64,000 bases of DNA from Nitrospinaceae bacterium (GCA_965237905.1 OZ250172.1:800001-864000); one strand, 5' to 3'; positions 19,804-30,250 are shown, numbered from the stretch's first letter. Notes: generated from the letters alone by a model not told the origin. Numbers and translations: made by a program.

Positions 19804-20484
19804 TCACTCCTCTAAAATATGATCGATCGTCATAATGGATGCGCTGATAAAGATAATGTCGAAACAGAGGATCAATCCCACCCAGTTCATCATATCCGCG
19901 AGGGATTTACCATCCAAAATCTGCCCGGTCAATTGGACCGATCCGATGGCTATCGGCACCATCAGCGGATACAGCAAAATCGGAAGCATGATCTCCCGCG
20001 TTTTCAAATTGGAAGACAGGGAGGACAACAGCGTCCCCAGAGCGCTGAAACCCAGCGTACCCATAAAAACAACCGCCAGCAAGGGTGCCAGATGAGACCC
20101 AATATCCACATTAAAAAATATCATGAACACCGGCAGAAGGAACGCTTCCATGATCAGTAGAAACGCCAGATTGCTCAGCATTTTTCCGAAGAAGATAGCC
20201 GAGCGGTCGACCGGTGCCAGCATCAAACCCTGCAGACAACCGTTTTCCTTTTCCAGCGTAAACGAACGGTTGAGCCCAAGCGTGCCCGCAAACAGGATAG
20301 CCACCCACAAAACTCCCGGCCCGACTTTGCTAGTTTTCACAAGACTCAGGTCAATGGAAAAAATAAAGATCAACATCACCAATACCGCGAACACAAACAT
20401 GGAACTGAACAGCTCGCGGGTTTTCAGCTCGGTGACGAAATCTTTCCAGATGATCGCCTTCACCTGTGACAGATAAGCGCTCAT
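19804..20484 (-). CDS. ccmB: Heme exporter protein B
   Basis: IWKD...ELK, PGVLW, EKENG, LLYPLMVP. Confidence 0.93.
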   Translation of the reverse strand: MSAYLSQVKAIIWKDFVTELKTRELFSSMFVFAVLVMLIFIFSIDLSLVKTSKVGPGVLWVAILFAGTLGLNRSFTLEKENGCLQGLMLAPVDRSAIFFGKMLSNLAFLLIMEAFLLPVFMIFFNVDIGSHLAPLLAVVFMGTLGFSALGTLLSSLSSNLKTREIMLPILLYPLMVPIAIGSVQLTGQILDGKSLADMMNWVGLILCFDIIFISASIMTIDHILEE

Positions 20485-21230
20485 CTCAACTCCTTTGTCT
20501 GTCCCACTTTTTCGAGATACAACCGTTCAAAGCCGGCGGGGTCGACCTGGTCCGCCGATTCCCACAGGGCCAGTTTTCCGCGGACCATGATCGCCACCCG
20601 GTCGCACATTTCCAGTCCGCGCGAAAAGTCGTGGGTGGTCATCAGAATCGTCCGTTGATCCGTGTGCAGGGCCTGCAACTGCTCCTTGAGAATTCCCGAC
20701 GCGTGCTGGTCCAGTCCCGTATACGGTTCATCCAGAAACAGGATCGATGGATTGTGCACAATCGCCCGCGCGATGGATAACCGTTGCAACATGCCCCGGC
20801 TGAACGTCCGCACACGGTCGTGCATTCTCGGCTTCAGCCCCACCTCGTCAATCACCTCGATGGCCCGTTCCTCCGCCCGTTCCACGCCGTACATCGTGGC
20901 GTAAAAACGAATATTCTCGAGCGGCGACAAATCGGCGTATAAAAAACTGGCGTGGGAAATCACCCCGATTGCACGCCGCATTTCCGGGTCCGCCTCCTCC
21001 ACATCATATCCCGCCACGGTGGCGGTGCCGGACGAGGGCCGGGTCAACGCCGACAGAATGCCGATCAACGTCGTTTTACCGGCACCGTTGGGACCGAACA
21101 AACTCAGGAATTCGCCTTTCTTCAACTCGAAGTCAACACCGCGCAATGCTTCCAAATGCCCAAAATGTTTTCGGATGCCTTGCACCTGAATGGCTTGGCT
21201 GGGATTCGGCGAAGGTTTGGATTCAGTCAT
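20481..21230 (-). CDS. ccmA: Heme ABC exporter ATP-binding protein
   Basis: GPNGAGKT, FSRGMLQR, LFLDEP; ccm context. Confidence 0.92.
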   Translation of the reverse strand: MTESKPSPNPSQAIQVQGIRKHFGHLEALRGVDFELKKGEFLSLFGPNGAGKTTLIGILSALTRPSSGTATVAGYDVEEADPEMRRAIGVISHASFLYADLSPLENIRFYATMYGVERAEERAIEVIDEVGLKPRMHDRVRTFSRGMLQRLSIARAIVHNPSILFLDEPYTGLDQHASGILKEQLQALHTDQRTILMTTHDFSRGLEMCDRVAIMVRGKLALWESADQVDPAGFERLYLEKVGQTKELR

Positions 21231-21266
21231 GAGGGATAGGGAGGTTGGGGACGACTCATCGGCGAA

Positions 21267-21596
21267 TCAAGCCGCACCCGCGGTCTTTTTTTTCTGCTTC
21301 AACTGCTTTTCCAATGTGTCTATTTTTTCCAGGAGGTCCACCGCCTCCTCCTCCAGCTTGTGGTGGAGCGCTTCGAAATCCGGTTTGGATATTTTATCGG
21401 TCTTGAAATCGAATTCCAGTTCTTTAATGGCCAGCAGCACTTCCTCTTTGCGGACCAGAAGATGTTTGTACTCTTCCTCGGCAGGGTCCAGAGGCGCGAA
21501 CAACCGTCTGGGAGGGAGCTTCGAAAACAGGGGAATGCCGACGGCCACCAGAATCAAGACAACAAGAATCAACTGTAGGAAGTTCGCACCGGTCAT
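21267..21596 (-). CDS. Small membrane protein, CcmI N-terminal-like
   Basis: TM followed by IKELEFDFKTDKISKPDF, typical of the CcmI/CycH N-terminus. Confidence 0.65.
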   Translation of the reverse strand: MTGANFLQLILVVLILVAVGIPLFSKLPPRRLFAPLDPAEEEYKHLLVRKEEVLLAIKELEFDFKTDKISKPDFEALHHKLEEEAVDLLEKIDTLEKQLKQKKKTAGAA

Positions 21597-21600
21597 AGTG

Positions 21601-22095
21601 TCAGGATTCTAACCGGTCGAGTTCGTCTTTCAGCCTCTTGGAATACTTTCCGGAGGGAGCATCTGCCTCGGACGCCGATTCCTCTCCGCTTGCGTCGGCA
21701 TCCTTTTCGGTTTGGACCGGGCGTACCCAGGATTGGATCACCTTACGCACCCCGAAACCGCCGATCGCCAACGCCGCAAACGGCATGATCCAGGCCGAAA
21801 GGTTGAAGCCCGACTTGGTCGGGGCCGACAGCACCGTTTCGCCGTACTTGTCGACATACTGTTTAACGATCTGATCCACCGTCAATCCGGAATCCAGTTT
21901 CGCCGTCAGGGCTTTGCGCGTTTCCTTGGAGGTGTCGCAGGTGCAGTTGATCAGTACCTTGCCGCATTTGTCGTCGCATTTGCACATCAGCGCATTTTCC
22001 AGATCGGCCAATTGCGACGCGGCCCAAACGGTCGCCGGCCCTGCAAGCAGAACCAGTGCAGCTACCATCAACATATAGATTCGAATCGTTTTCAT
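21601..22095 (-). CDS. ccmH: CcmH-like cytochrome c biogenesis protein (CxC variant)
   Basis: Signal peptide, LMCKCDDKC...CTC, YGETVLSAP, AWIMP. Confidence 0.8.
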   Translation of the reverse strand: MKTIRIYMLMVAALVLLAGPATVWAASQLADLENALMCKCDDKCGKVLINCTCDTSKETRKALTAKLDSGLTVDQIVKQYVDKYGETVLSAPTKSGFNLSAWIMPFAALAIGGFGVRKVIQSWVRPVQTEKDADASGEESASEADAPSGKYSKRLKDELDRLES

Positions 22096-22100
22096 AGGTC

Positions 22101-24116
22101 TCACTCCTGCGCCGGCATGAAGATGGCTTCCTGACGTTTCAAACGTTCCGTCCTGCGGCGGATTTCCAATCGATCCGGCCACACGGCGATCATGGTCCCA
22201 AACGCGATGACCCAGCCGCCCAGCCATATCCATTTGACCATCGGTTTGACGTACACCTTGATGGTGGCGGAACTGTTATCTGGATTAAAATCCGCCAGGA
22301 CCATGTACACGTCTTCTTTTAATGTGGAGATCAAATCCACTTCCGTGACCGGCTGGTTCTGTCCCTTGTAAAACTCCTTCTCTGGCAAACCGGTCCATAT
22401 TCTTTTGCCATCTCGCTCGATTCCCAACTGGGCGATGACCCGGGTCTTGGTGCTATTCTGCTCCTTCACTAACAGCTTCTCGTAGATGAAATCATAACCG
22501 CGCAGTTGAAACCGGTCGCCGATGTTGAGCTGTTTCTCCACGTCAGTGCTGTACGACTGAGACCCGGCGATACCCGCAAATATCAGGACCACTCCCAGGT
22601 GAACGATATAACCTCCGTACCGGCCTTTATTTTTCCAGACCATGCCGGACAGCGCATTGACCGGGGACTCCCCATGCGCTTCCATGCGGGCGCCGGTACC
22701 TTTCCTGAATTCGATGAGCATGGACGTCATCACAAAGATGCACAGAATGAAGGTGATGTAGGTGAAGATTTCTGATTTGTCGGTGAGCGGAACGAACGGG
22801 AACAAAATAGCGGCACCCACCGCCGCCGTCAGGACCGGTTTCGTGAAATTCTTTTTCAGGTTCGACCAGCTTGACCGGCGCCACGCGATGACGGGTCCGA
22901 TACCGATCAACGCCAGCAGGACCATCCCGATAGGCACGTTCACCTGGTTGTAAAACGGCGGACCGACAGTGATCTTCACCCCGCGGAACGCTTCGGATAC
23001 GATCGGGAAAATGGTGCCCCAGAACGTAGCGAACGCGATTCCCAGAAGCACCAGGTTGTTGAGCAGAAAACTGCTCTCGCGGGATAAGAACGAGTCGAGT
23101 TCATTTTTACTTTGCAACAGTGGCAGACGCAGTAAAATCATCGTTACCGCAAACGCGATGATCACCCCGAGGAATCCCAGGAAGTAATAACCGAGTGTTG
23201 CTTCGTCAAACGTATGCACCGACTGGATCAACCCGCTCCGGGTGATAAAGGTGCCGAAGATGGTCATCACGAACGTCAACAGAACCAGCGACATGTTCCA
23301 GACCTTCATCATGTCCTTCTTCTCCTGGATCTGCACCGAATGCAGATAAGCGGTAGCGACGATCAACGGCATAAACGCCGCGTTCTCCACCGGGTCCCAC
23401 GCCCAGTAACCGCCCCAACCCAGTTCGACATACGCCCATTGCGCGCCGAACAGATTTCCCATACACAGGAAGAACCACGACACCAGCGTCCATTTCCGGG
23501 TCAGGCGAATCCAGCCGTCGTCCAGATTTTTGGTGAGCAGTGCGGCGGTAGCAAAAGCAAAGGGTACGGTAAACCCGACATACCCGAGGTATAAGGTCGG
23601 CGGGTGAATCACCATCCAGTAATTCTGAAGGAGCGGGTTCAGGCCCCGTCCATCGGCCGGTGGTATGGGAAGACGCTCAAACGGATTGGTCGAAAAGTTG
23701 AGGAGCACCAGGAAAAACAGGGTGATGACCATCATCACCGCCAGCGCAATGGGCACCAGCCGGACGTTCTGTTTCCGGTTCTGGACGTGGACCACCATCA
23801 TGTAGGTGGTGAGAATCAGAGTCCAGAAAAGTAGCGACCCCTTCTGCCCGCCCCAGAACGAGGAAAATTTGTAGAAGAAATCGAGGTCGATGTTGGAATA
23901 GGCGGCGACGTATTGCAGGCTGAAATCGTTGGTCAGAAAAGCCTTCCACAGCGCGACGGAGGAGACCATGATACAGGCCCAGACAATGATGGGGGTTTTG
24001 TCGGCGCTCATGTAGACGTCGACCCGGTTACTCCGGAAGGCCATCACATAGGAAACAACCCCGTAAAGGGCTGTCGCCAAGGCCAGCAATAATGCAAATT
24101 CTCCGATATCATTCAT
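22101..24116 (-). CDS. ccmF: Cytochrome c synthetase CcmF
   Basis: WGGQKGSLLFW, LNPLLQ, IHPP, WAYVELGWGGYWAWDPVEN, SVHTF. Confidence 0.97.
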   Translation of the reverse strand: MNDIGEFALLLALATALYGVVSYVMAFRSNRVDVYMSADKTPIIVWACIMVSSVALWKAFLTNDFSLQYVAAYSNIDLDFFYKFSSFWGGQKGSLLFWTLILTTYMMVVHVQNRKQNVRLVPIALAVMMVITLFFLVLLNFSTNPFERLPIPPADGRGLNPLLQNYWMVIHPPTLYLGYVGFTVPFAFATAALLTKNLDDGWIRLTRKWTLVSWFFLCMGNLFGAQWAYVELGWGGYWAWDPVENAAFMPLIVATAYLHSVQIQEKKDMMKVWNMSLVLLTFVMTIFGTFITRSGLIQSVHTFDEATLGYYFLGFLGVIIAFAVTMILLRLPLLQSKNELDSFLSRESSFLLNNLVLLGIAFATFWGTIFPIVSEAFRGVKITVGPPFYNQVNVPIGMVLLALIGIGPVIAWRRSSWSNLKKNFTKPVLTAAVGAAILFPFVPLTDKSEIFTYITFILCIFVMTSMLIEFRKGTGARMEAHGESPVNALSGMVWKNKGRYGGYIVHLGVVLIFAGIAGSQSYSTDVEKQLNIGDRFQLRGYDFIYEKLLVKEQNSTKTRVIAQLGIERDGKRIWTGLPEKEFYKGQNQPVTEVDLISTLKEDVYMVLADFNPDNSSATIKVYVKPMVKWIWLGGWVIAFGTMIAVWPDRLEIRRRTERLKRQEAIFMPAQE

Positions 24117-24203
24117 ATGATAATGATCCTGTTGCCTCCGGCTCGGTGGAATCCACTCGGGGTGAAGTCAGCACCGCATGGCCTCAATGACTCGATTTGG
24201 GAA

Positions 24204-24698
24204 TTAGATCGTAGTTTTTCCGGGCTGGATTTTGGGCGATTCCAAAGCGGGTTGTTTGTCCTTGCCATAAGGGATGTTTCCCGGATGGGTTTTTCCCGCT
24301 TCCTTTTCCGCTTCATATTTGGAAGGACAACTGGTCATCAACGTATTTGCATGGAAAACCCCGTCCCTTCCCAAAGTGCCTTCCACTACCACTTCCCGGC
24401 CATCTTCAAACATGTCGGGAGTAATCCCTTTATAGGTAACGGGTAACGTCGACTTGTTCTCTTCAATCCGGAACGAAACATCGAGCGTGTCGTTCGGGTT
24501 CCGGTTGATCGACCCGTTGACCACGGTGCCCTTCACCTTGAGTCCGGCCCCATGATACTGGGTGGTCCCGGCGGCCTGCAACTCGTCCACCGTAAAGAAA
24601 AACTTGGAGGTGGTGCTGATGCTGGTGGTAATCAGGTAACCCACCGCCAGAACAATCAAAACGCTGCCAATCACAAATTTGATCTGCTTGTGTTTCAT
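24204..24698 (-). CDS. ccmE: Heme chaperone CcmE, CxxxY variant
   Basis: YKGITPDMFEDGREVVVEG...LMTSCPSKY. Confidence 0.93.
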   Translation of the reverse strand: MKHKQIKFVIGSVLIVLAVGYLITTSISTTSKFFFTVDELQAAGTTQYHGAGLKVKGTVVNGSINRNPNDTLDVSFRIEENKSTLPVTYKGITPDMFEDGREVVVEGTLGRDGVFHANTLMTSCPSKYEAEKEAGKTHPGNIPYGKDKQPALESPKIQPGKTTI

Positions 24699-24825
24699 CT
24701 TATATACGCTCTGCCCCGAAACCGGGTTAAAGGGTTTAAAAACATGCTATTTCCCCGCTTTTAGCCTCATAGTATCACTCACAAAATGCCCCTGTCAAAG
24801 CAAATCCCCACGGGATGCACAGAGA

Positions 24826-25007
24826 AAACCAATGGACCACAGATGAACACAGATAAACACGGATGGGGAGAACAATATCGAAGGGGTAATGGAAAGCCTG
24901 GAGCCATTTTTTGAAGGAAAAGTATAAGGTAGAAGCCCCCCAACCCCCTTCTCCGAAGGGGGTTGGGGGGCTTCTACCTTAATTTGTTCATCCCGTTATC
25001 CTGTCTA
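24826..25007. repeat. Repeat mosaic (ACCACAGATGAACAC unit, C/G-run hairpin, ATCCTGTC unit)
   Basis: AGAAGCCCCCCAACCCC...GGGGTTGGGGGGCTTCT long palindrome; units shared with 1662-1776, 45159-45320 and 45997-46450. Confidence 0.75.
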
Positions 25008-25044
25008 TTTTTTGGCTTTCTCTGCGATTCCCGCGTTCTCCGCA

Positions 25045-25157
25045 GCCGGGCCTTGCCCGGGTGGCGAACCGCCACGAGTAAATTGATATCCGTGAATTGC
25101 GCCCAAGGATCATCGCTTTCCGTGAACTGTCAGCCCACTCCCCCTCCGGGTAGGAGG
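25045..25157 (+). repeat. Copy B of the dispersed ~100-nt repeat, with an inserted GTGGCGAACCGCCAC hairpin
   Basis: Aligns by eye with the reverse complement of 72-175 and with 55231-55331. Confidence 0.55.
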
Positions 25158-25179
25158 TGTATATTTTTCACTTTTTTTG

Positions 25180-25238
25180 TTGACAGAATGTCGCACTGTG
25201 TTAGCATAGTGTCTTAATGTGTTACAAAGTGTTACAAA
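25180..25238 (+). promoter_or_regulatory. dcw promoter with MraZ-type direct repeats
   Basis: TTGACA at 25180, TGn-TAGCAT at 25202; GTGT(T/C) at 25198, 25209, 25219, 25229 (10-11 nt period). Confidence 0.65.
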
Positions 25239-25272
25239 CCGATTATACAGACACCATCTCCTGGCAGAGAAA

Positions 25273-25656
25273 ATGAACGGTTTTTTAGGGACTTACAGCG
25301 TAAATATGGACGAAAAGGGCCGCCTCAATGTGCCCTCCAAGTTCAAGGCCATTATGGAGAAGTTTTACGATCCTAATTTGGTGGTGGCTGTCATGGATAA
25401 TTTTCTGATCGCCTTTCCCCAGAAGGAATGGCAGATCAACGAGGAAAGATTAAATAGTTTGTCCGGGCTGGAACGGGAAGATCGGCAAAAGATGAGGGAG
25501 TTTTATTCCCAGGCCAGCGAGTGTGAGTTGAAATCCGGAAAGCTTTTGGTTCCCCAGTTTCAGCGGGAAATCGCCGGATTGAGCAAGGAGGTCGTACTAG
25601 TCGGGATGTCTAAAACGTTTGAAATTTGGGCGGGGGACCGGTGGAACAAATCCTGA
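25273..25656 (+). CDS. mraZ: Transcriptional regulator MraZ
   Basis: MDEKGRLNVP, VVLVGM...FEIW; first gene of dcw. Confidence 0.93.
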   Translation: MNGFLGTYSVNMDEKGRLNVPSKFKAIMEKFYDPNLVVAVMDNFLIAFPQKEWQINEERLNSLSGLEREDRQKMREFYSQASECELKSGKLLVPQFQREIAGLSKEVVLVGMSKTFEIWAGDRWNKS

Positions 25657-25684
25657 CCGCTCAAACCATGGGAGGGCAACCGCC

Positions 25685-26623
25685 ATGGTGGACTATCACA
25701 TACCCGTACTGAGAGAGGAGGTCCTCCATTATTTAAACGCCGGGGACAAACATCTCATCGTCGATGGAACATTAGGCGATGGGGGGCATGCCGAAGCGAT
25801 ATTGCAGAATTCCGGGCCACAATGCCGGGTTCTGGGAATCGACCGGGATGCCGAGGCCCTGGCCCGAGCCCGCAAGCGTTTGGCTCCTTTTGGAGAGAGG
25901 ATCATTTTGGTGCACGGGAATTACAGTGAAATCCAAAGCATCCTGGCTCAAAGGAACATCCAGGAAATCGACGGCTTGCTTTTGGACCTCGGGGTTTCGT
26001 CCCGACAGTTGGACACCCCGGAGCGCGGGTTCAGCTTCACACACGACGGACCTCTCGACATGCGAATGGATCGGGAGGATACAGCGACAGCGGCGGATTT
26101 ACTTGAAACGCTGTCCGATAAAGAATTAGAAGACATTATTAAAAATTACGGAGAAGAACGGCACTACAAAAAGATCGTACGGTTTATCCGCAAAGCGCAG
26201 GGCAAAGGCCCCCTAAGTACAACTGCCTCACTTTCTAAAATCCTCTCCAGCGCGGCTAGAACTCCGCGTCCTACAAGGATTCATCCCTCCACACGAACCT
26301 TCCAAGCCCTGCGCATTGCGGTCAACCGTGAACTCGATCATCTCCGAACCTCTCTTACCGACTCCCTGCAAATTTTGAACGCCACCGCCCGAATGGTGGT
26401 GATCTCCTTTCACTCCCTGGAAGACCGTATTGTGAAGCAGTTCTTCCGCGATGAAGAGCAAGCATGCGTCTGCCCTCCGAAAATGCCGATCTGCATTTGC
26501 GGCAAAAAGAGCAGGCTGAAGGTCATCACCCGCCGCGTGGTCACACCGTCTGTGGACGAGGTGCGTGCCAATCCCCGCGCTTCCAGCTCCAAGCTGAGAG
26601 CGGCTGAAAGAATTTATGCTTAA
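25685..26623 (+). CDS. rsmH: 16S rRNA m4C1402 methyltransferase
   Basis: HIPVL, DGTLGDGGH, DLGVSS, PLDMRMD, FQALRIAVN, SFHSLEDR. Confidence 0.97.
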   Translation: MVDYHIPVLREEVLHYLNAGDKHLIVDGTLGDGGHAEAILQNSGPQCRVLGIDRDAEALARARKRLAPFGERIILVHGNYSEIQSILAQRNIQEIDGLLLDLGVSSRQLDTPERGFSFTHDGPLDMRMDREDTATAADLLETLSDKELEDIIKNYGEERHYKKIVRFIRKAQGKGPLSTTASLSKILSSAARTPRPTRIHPSTRTFQALRIAVNRELDHLRTSLTDSLQILNATARMVVISFHSLEDRIVKQFFRDEEQACVCPPKMPICICGKKSRLKVITRRVVTPSVDEVRANPRASSSKLRAAERIYA

Positions 26624-26933
26624 GATCGCCCGCAAACTGGTGGCCGAATGGTTTCACGTCTCGCCCCGGGAGTTTGGGGTGGTGGTTCTGGTGGGCTTTT
26701 TGTTTCTCGTGTGTGCCCTGGTTTATGTCTGGCCCAACGTCAAGATGGTGAACCTGGCTTATGAATTCCAGGAACAGAAACGCCTGCACCAGGAGCTGAT
26801 TCAGGAAAACAGCCTGCTGAAACTTGAGCGGGATAGTTTGATGTCGCTGGACCGCATCCAGTATCTGGCGGAAACCCAGATCGGTATGAAAGAGCCGCAA
26901 CCCGGGCAAGTGGTCACTATTCTGTTGAAATAA
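26616..26933 (+). CDS. ftsL: Cell division protein FtsL
   Basis: TM plus coiled coil; lies between rsmH and ftsI. Confidence 0.85.
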   Translation: MLKIARKLVAEWFHVSPREFGVVVLVGFLFLVCALVYVWPNVKMVNLAYEFQEQKRLHQELIQENSLLKLERDSLMSLDRIQYLAETQIGMKEPQPGQVVTILLK

Positions 26934-26937
26934 CATC

Positions 26938-28683
26938 ATGCGAAATCACAAATCAAAATCCAATCACACCTCCGCGTCGGCCGTCAAGGGCAGGCTGGCG
27001 ATGGTTTCCCTTGTCCTGTCGGTTTTTGGTCTCGTATTGGTAGGGCGGCTGGTTCAACTCCAAATCATCCAGCACGATCGCCTCGCGGCCCAATCGGATA
27101 AGCAGTATCTGCGAACCGTGGAAATCACTTCCGGCCGGGGCAATATCTATGACCGCAACCGCAACCAACTGGCCACCAACATCCAGGTCGAATCAGTTTA
27201 CGCCGACCCCATAAGCGTCATCGACAAAGACAACACCGCCCGCATACTCGCCAGCGCACTGGCGCTGAACCCGAGGGAGGTTCTGAAGAAATTGAAGTCC
27301 AACCGGCATTTTGTTTGGATCAAACGCAAAAGCGAAATGAATGCCGTCGAAAAACTCAAACAGTTGGATCTCGCCGGCATTGGATTCATCGCCGAAGCCA
27401 AGCGGTATTACCCGAAACGCAAACTCGCCGCCAGCACCCTCGGTTTCGTAGGATTGGACAATCAGGGCCTGGCCGGAGTCGAACATTTTCATCACGCCGT
27501 CTTAAAAGGAAATCCGCAACGATCCGTACTGGAAAAAGATGCGCGCGGGCGCTTTTTGTGGACTACCGCCTATGCTCAAGAAATCAATAAGGGAAAACGG
27601 GATGTCGTGCTGGCCTTGGACGAAGTCATTCAGTTTATCGCCGAGCGTGAACTCAAAAAACAGGTCCAGGAATACCAGGCCAAAAGCGGGCTGGCGATTG
27701 TCATGGACCCCTATACCGGCGCCATCTACGCCCTCGCCTCCGCTCCCGAGTTCAACCCGAACAACTATTCGGCCTACCCCAGGCACTTCTGGCGGAACGA
27801 CTCCGTGGCCAGCGCCTACGAGCCGGGGTCGATTTTCAAGCCGATTGTAGCCGCGGCCACTCTGGAAGAAGGCCTGGCGGGACCGGACGATATTTTTTTC
27901 TGTGAAAACGGATCGTTCAAGGTGGGCAAGTCGCGCATCGGCGAAGCGTCCAACCACCAGTTCGGATGGCTGACCCTGCGCAACATCATCGCCAAATCGA
28001 GCAATATCGGCGCTATCAAAATCGCTCAGGAACTGGGTAAAACCCGTTTCTTTGACTACATGCAAAAGTTCGGGTTCGGCGGCAAGTTGGGGGTCGATCT
28101 CCCCGGAGAAGCTTCGGGATCTTTGCAAAGCCTCTCCCAGTGGTCGGGGTTGTCTTTGGCTTCCATGTCCTTCGGCCATGAAATTGCCGTGACCCCCATC
28201 CAGATGGTTTCCGCCGTTGCCGCCATCGCCAATGGCGGGGTGCTTATCCGCCCGCGAATGACCCAAGCCATTCTCAAAAACGGAACCATTGAAAAAACAT
28301 TCGAGCCCGAGGTCATCCAGACGGTGCTCTCGGAAGAAACCAGCCGCCAGATGATCAACATTCTCAAATCGGTGGTGAAAACCGGGACCGGGGCCAAGGC
28401 CGCAATTCCAGGTTTTGAGGTGGCCGGCAAAACCGGCACCGCCCAGAAGATCGATCCGGCGACTCAAAGTTATTCGAAAACCAAATTTCTCGCGTCGTTC
28501 ATCGGATTCGTTCCGGCGGACGCGCCCCGGCTGGTCATCCTGGTGATGATCGACGAGCCGCAAAAATCGTATTGGGGAGGCGACGTGGCCGCCCCGGTGT
28601 TTCAAAAAATCGCCCGGAAAACGTTGCGGTACCTGCACATCCCTTCCAGTTTGGATCGGGTGTTTGTGCTCGACCGGGTGTAA
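26938..28683 (+). CDS. ftsI: Penicillin-binding protein 3
   Basis: RGNIYDRN, EPGSIFK, SSN, KTGT. Confidence 0.95.
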   Translation: MRNHKSKSNHTSASAVKGRLAMVSLVLSVFGLVLVGRLVQLQIIQHDRLAAQSDKQYLRTVEITSGRGNIYDRNRNQLATNIQVESVYADPISVIDKDNTARILASALALNPREVLKKLKSNRHFVWIKRKSEMNAVEKLKQLDLAGIGFIAEAKRYYPKRKLAASTLGFVGLDNQGLAGVEHFHHAVLKGNPQRSVLEKDARGRFLWTTAYAQEINKGKRDVVLALDEVIQFIAERELKKQVQEYQAKSGLAIVMDPYTGAIYALASAPEFNPNNYSAYPRHFWRNDSVASAYEPGSIFKPIVAAATLEEGLAGPDDIFFCENGSFKVGKSRIGEASNHQFGWLTLRNIIAKSSNIGAIKIAQELGKTRFFDYMQKFGFGGKLGVDLPGEASGSLQSLSQWSGLSLASMSFGHEIAVTPIQMVSAVAAIANGGVLIRPRMTQAILKNGTIEKTFEPEVIQTVLSEETSRQMINILKSVVKTGTGAKAAIPGFEVAGKTGTAQKIDPATQSYSKTKFLASFIGFVPADAPRLVILVMIDEPQKSYWGGDVAAPVFQKIARKTLRYLHIPSSLDRVFVLDRV

Positions 28684-28747
28684 CGCAAGTCCCGAAGGTG
28701 AAGCCGGTGGTTTTCGAACCGCCCGTCGCGCCTTCATTCGAGTGTTT

Positions 28748-30250
28748 ATGGGTCAAAAACTTTTAGACCTGATCGATGGTTATCCCATGGCTGACGTAAC
28801 AGGAACACTGGACCGCGATATTTCATCCATCGCCTACGACTCCCGCAAGGTGGAGCCTGAGGGGTTGTTCGTCGCCATGTCCGGCCACCATCACGACGGC
28901 GGCCGATTTATCGGGCAGGCCATCGAAAAACAGGCCGGGGCATTCGTCACGGAAATGCCTCAAAAACAGATTGCGGAAGCGGGTTTTCAGAACCCCGGCG
29001 TCACTGCCATTCACGTGGATGACTCACGTCATGCGCTGGCCTGGGTGTCGGACCGGTTTTACGGGCGCCCCTCGGACCAACTGGATTTGATCGGCATCAC
29101 GGGAACCAATGGCAAAACCACGTTGACCTATCTGCTGGAACGGATTTTTGAAACCGCGGGGCACTCCTGCGGCGTCATCGGTTCCATCAATTACCGCTAC
29201 GGCGGGACGGAATATCCCGCTCCCATGACCACGCCGGAGGCGCTGGAGATCAACCGCATGCTTTCGGAAATGACCGGCCAGGGAATCGAGAAATGTTGCA
29301 TCGAGGTGTCTTCCCATTCGCTGGCACTTAAGCGGGCGCGGGAGTTGCGGTTTGCGGTTGGAGTGTTCACCAACCTCACGCGGGACCATCTCGATTATCA
29401 CAAAACGTTCGAACACTATAAGGACAGCAAGAAGATTTTGTTCCGGGATTGCAAAATTCAAAAACAGGTCATCAATGTCGATGATCCAGTGGGACGGGAA
29501 ATTGTGCAGGAAAGCTCCCTTGAAACCCTGACCACCGGGTTGGACTCGCATGCAGACGTGACGGCGGAGGATTGTGTTTTGTCCGAAAGCGGCATCCGGT
29601 TCACACTCAAAACCCCTTCAGGCACCCAGGCCATTCGGTCCCCTTTGCTTGGGCGACACAATGTCTACAACCTGCTCTCTGCCTCTGCCGTCGCGTTGGC
29701 GCAGGGAGTTTCCCTGGCCCACATCGGACAGGGGATTCAATCGCTGGAGCGTGTTCCGGGGCGATTCGAAAAAGTACAGCAGGGTCAGGATTTCATTGTC
29801 GCGGTCGATTACGCGCATACCGACGACGCGTTGGCCAACGCCCTGAAAGCCGCCCGGACCCTCTCCGAAAAGCGCGTGATTGTCGTGTTCGGATGCGGTG
29901 GCGACCGGGACCCGGGCAAGCGCAAGGAAATGGGGCGCGTTGCGTTGGAGATGAGCGATTTCACCGTCATCACCTCCGACAACCCCCGCACGGAAGACCC
30001 GGAACAGATCATCCGTAATATTTGCGAAGGTATTCCCGCGAACCGGAAACAGAATGAACATTACACGATCCTTCCCAATCGCAGGGAAGCCATCGATTTT
30101 GCCATTCACCGGGCGCAAACAGGCGACCTTGTGTTGATCGCCGGCAAAGGCCATGAGGACTACCAGATTCTCAATACCGGGAAAATTCATTTTGACGACC
30201 GTGAAGAAGCGGAACGAGCCCTTAAAGAAAGACGCAGTGTTAATGGATAG
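28748..30250 (+). CDS. murE: UDP-MurNAc-tripeptide synthetase (meso-DAP)
   Basis: GITGTNGKTT, EVSSH, DYAHT, FGCGGDRD, DNPR, AGKGHE. Confidence 0.97.
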   Translation: MGQKLLDLIDGYPMADVTGTLDRDISSIAYDSRKVEPEGLFVAMSGHHHDGGRFIGQAIEKQAGAFVTEMPQKQIAEAGFQNPGVTAIHVDDSRHALAWVSDRFYGRPSDQLDLIGITGTNGKTTLTYLLERIFETAGHSCGVIGSINYRYGGTEYPAPMTTPEALEINRMLSEMTGQGIEKCCIEVSSHSLALKRARELRFAVGVFTNLTRDHLDYHKTFEHYKDSKKILFRDCKIQKQVINVDDPVGREIVQESSLETLTTGLDSHADVTAEDCVLSESGIRFTLKTPSGTQAIRSPLLGRHNVYNLLSASAVALAQGVSLAHIGQGIQSLERVPGRFEKVQQGQDFIVAVDYAHTDDALANALKAARTLSEKRVIVVFGCGGDRDPGKRKEMGRVALEMSDFTVITSDNPRTEDPEQIIRNICEGIPANRKQNEHYTILPNRREAIDFAIHRAQTGDLVLIAGKGHEDYQILNTGKIHFDDREEAERALKERRSVNG

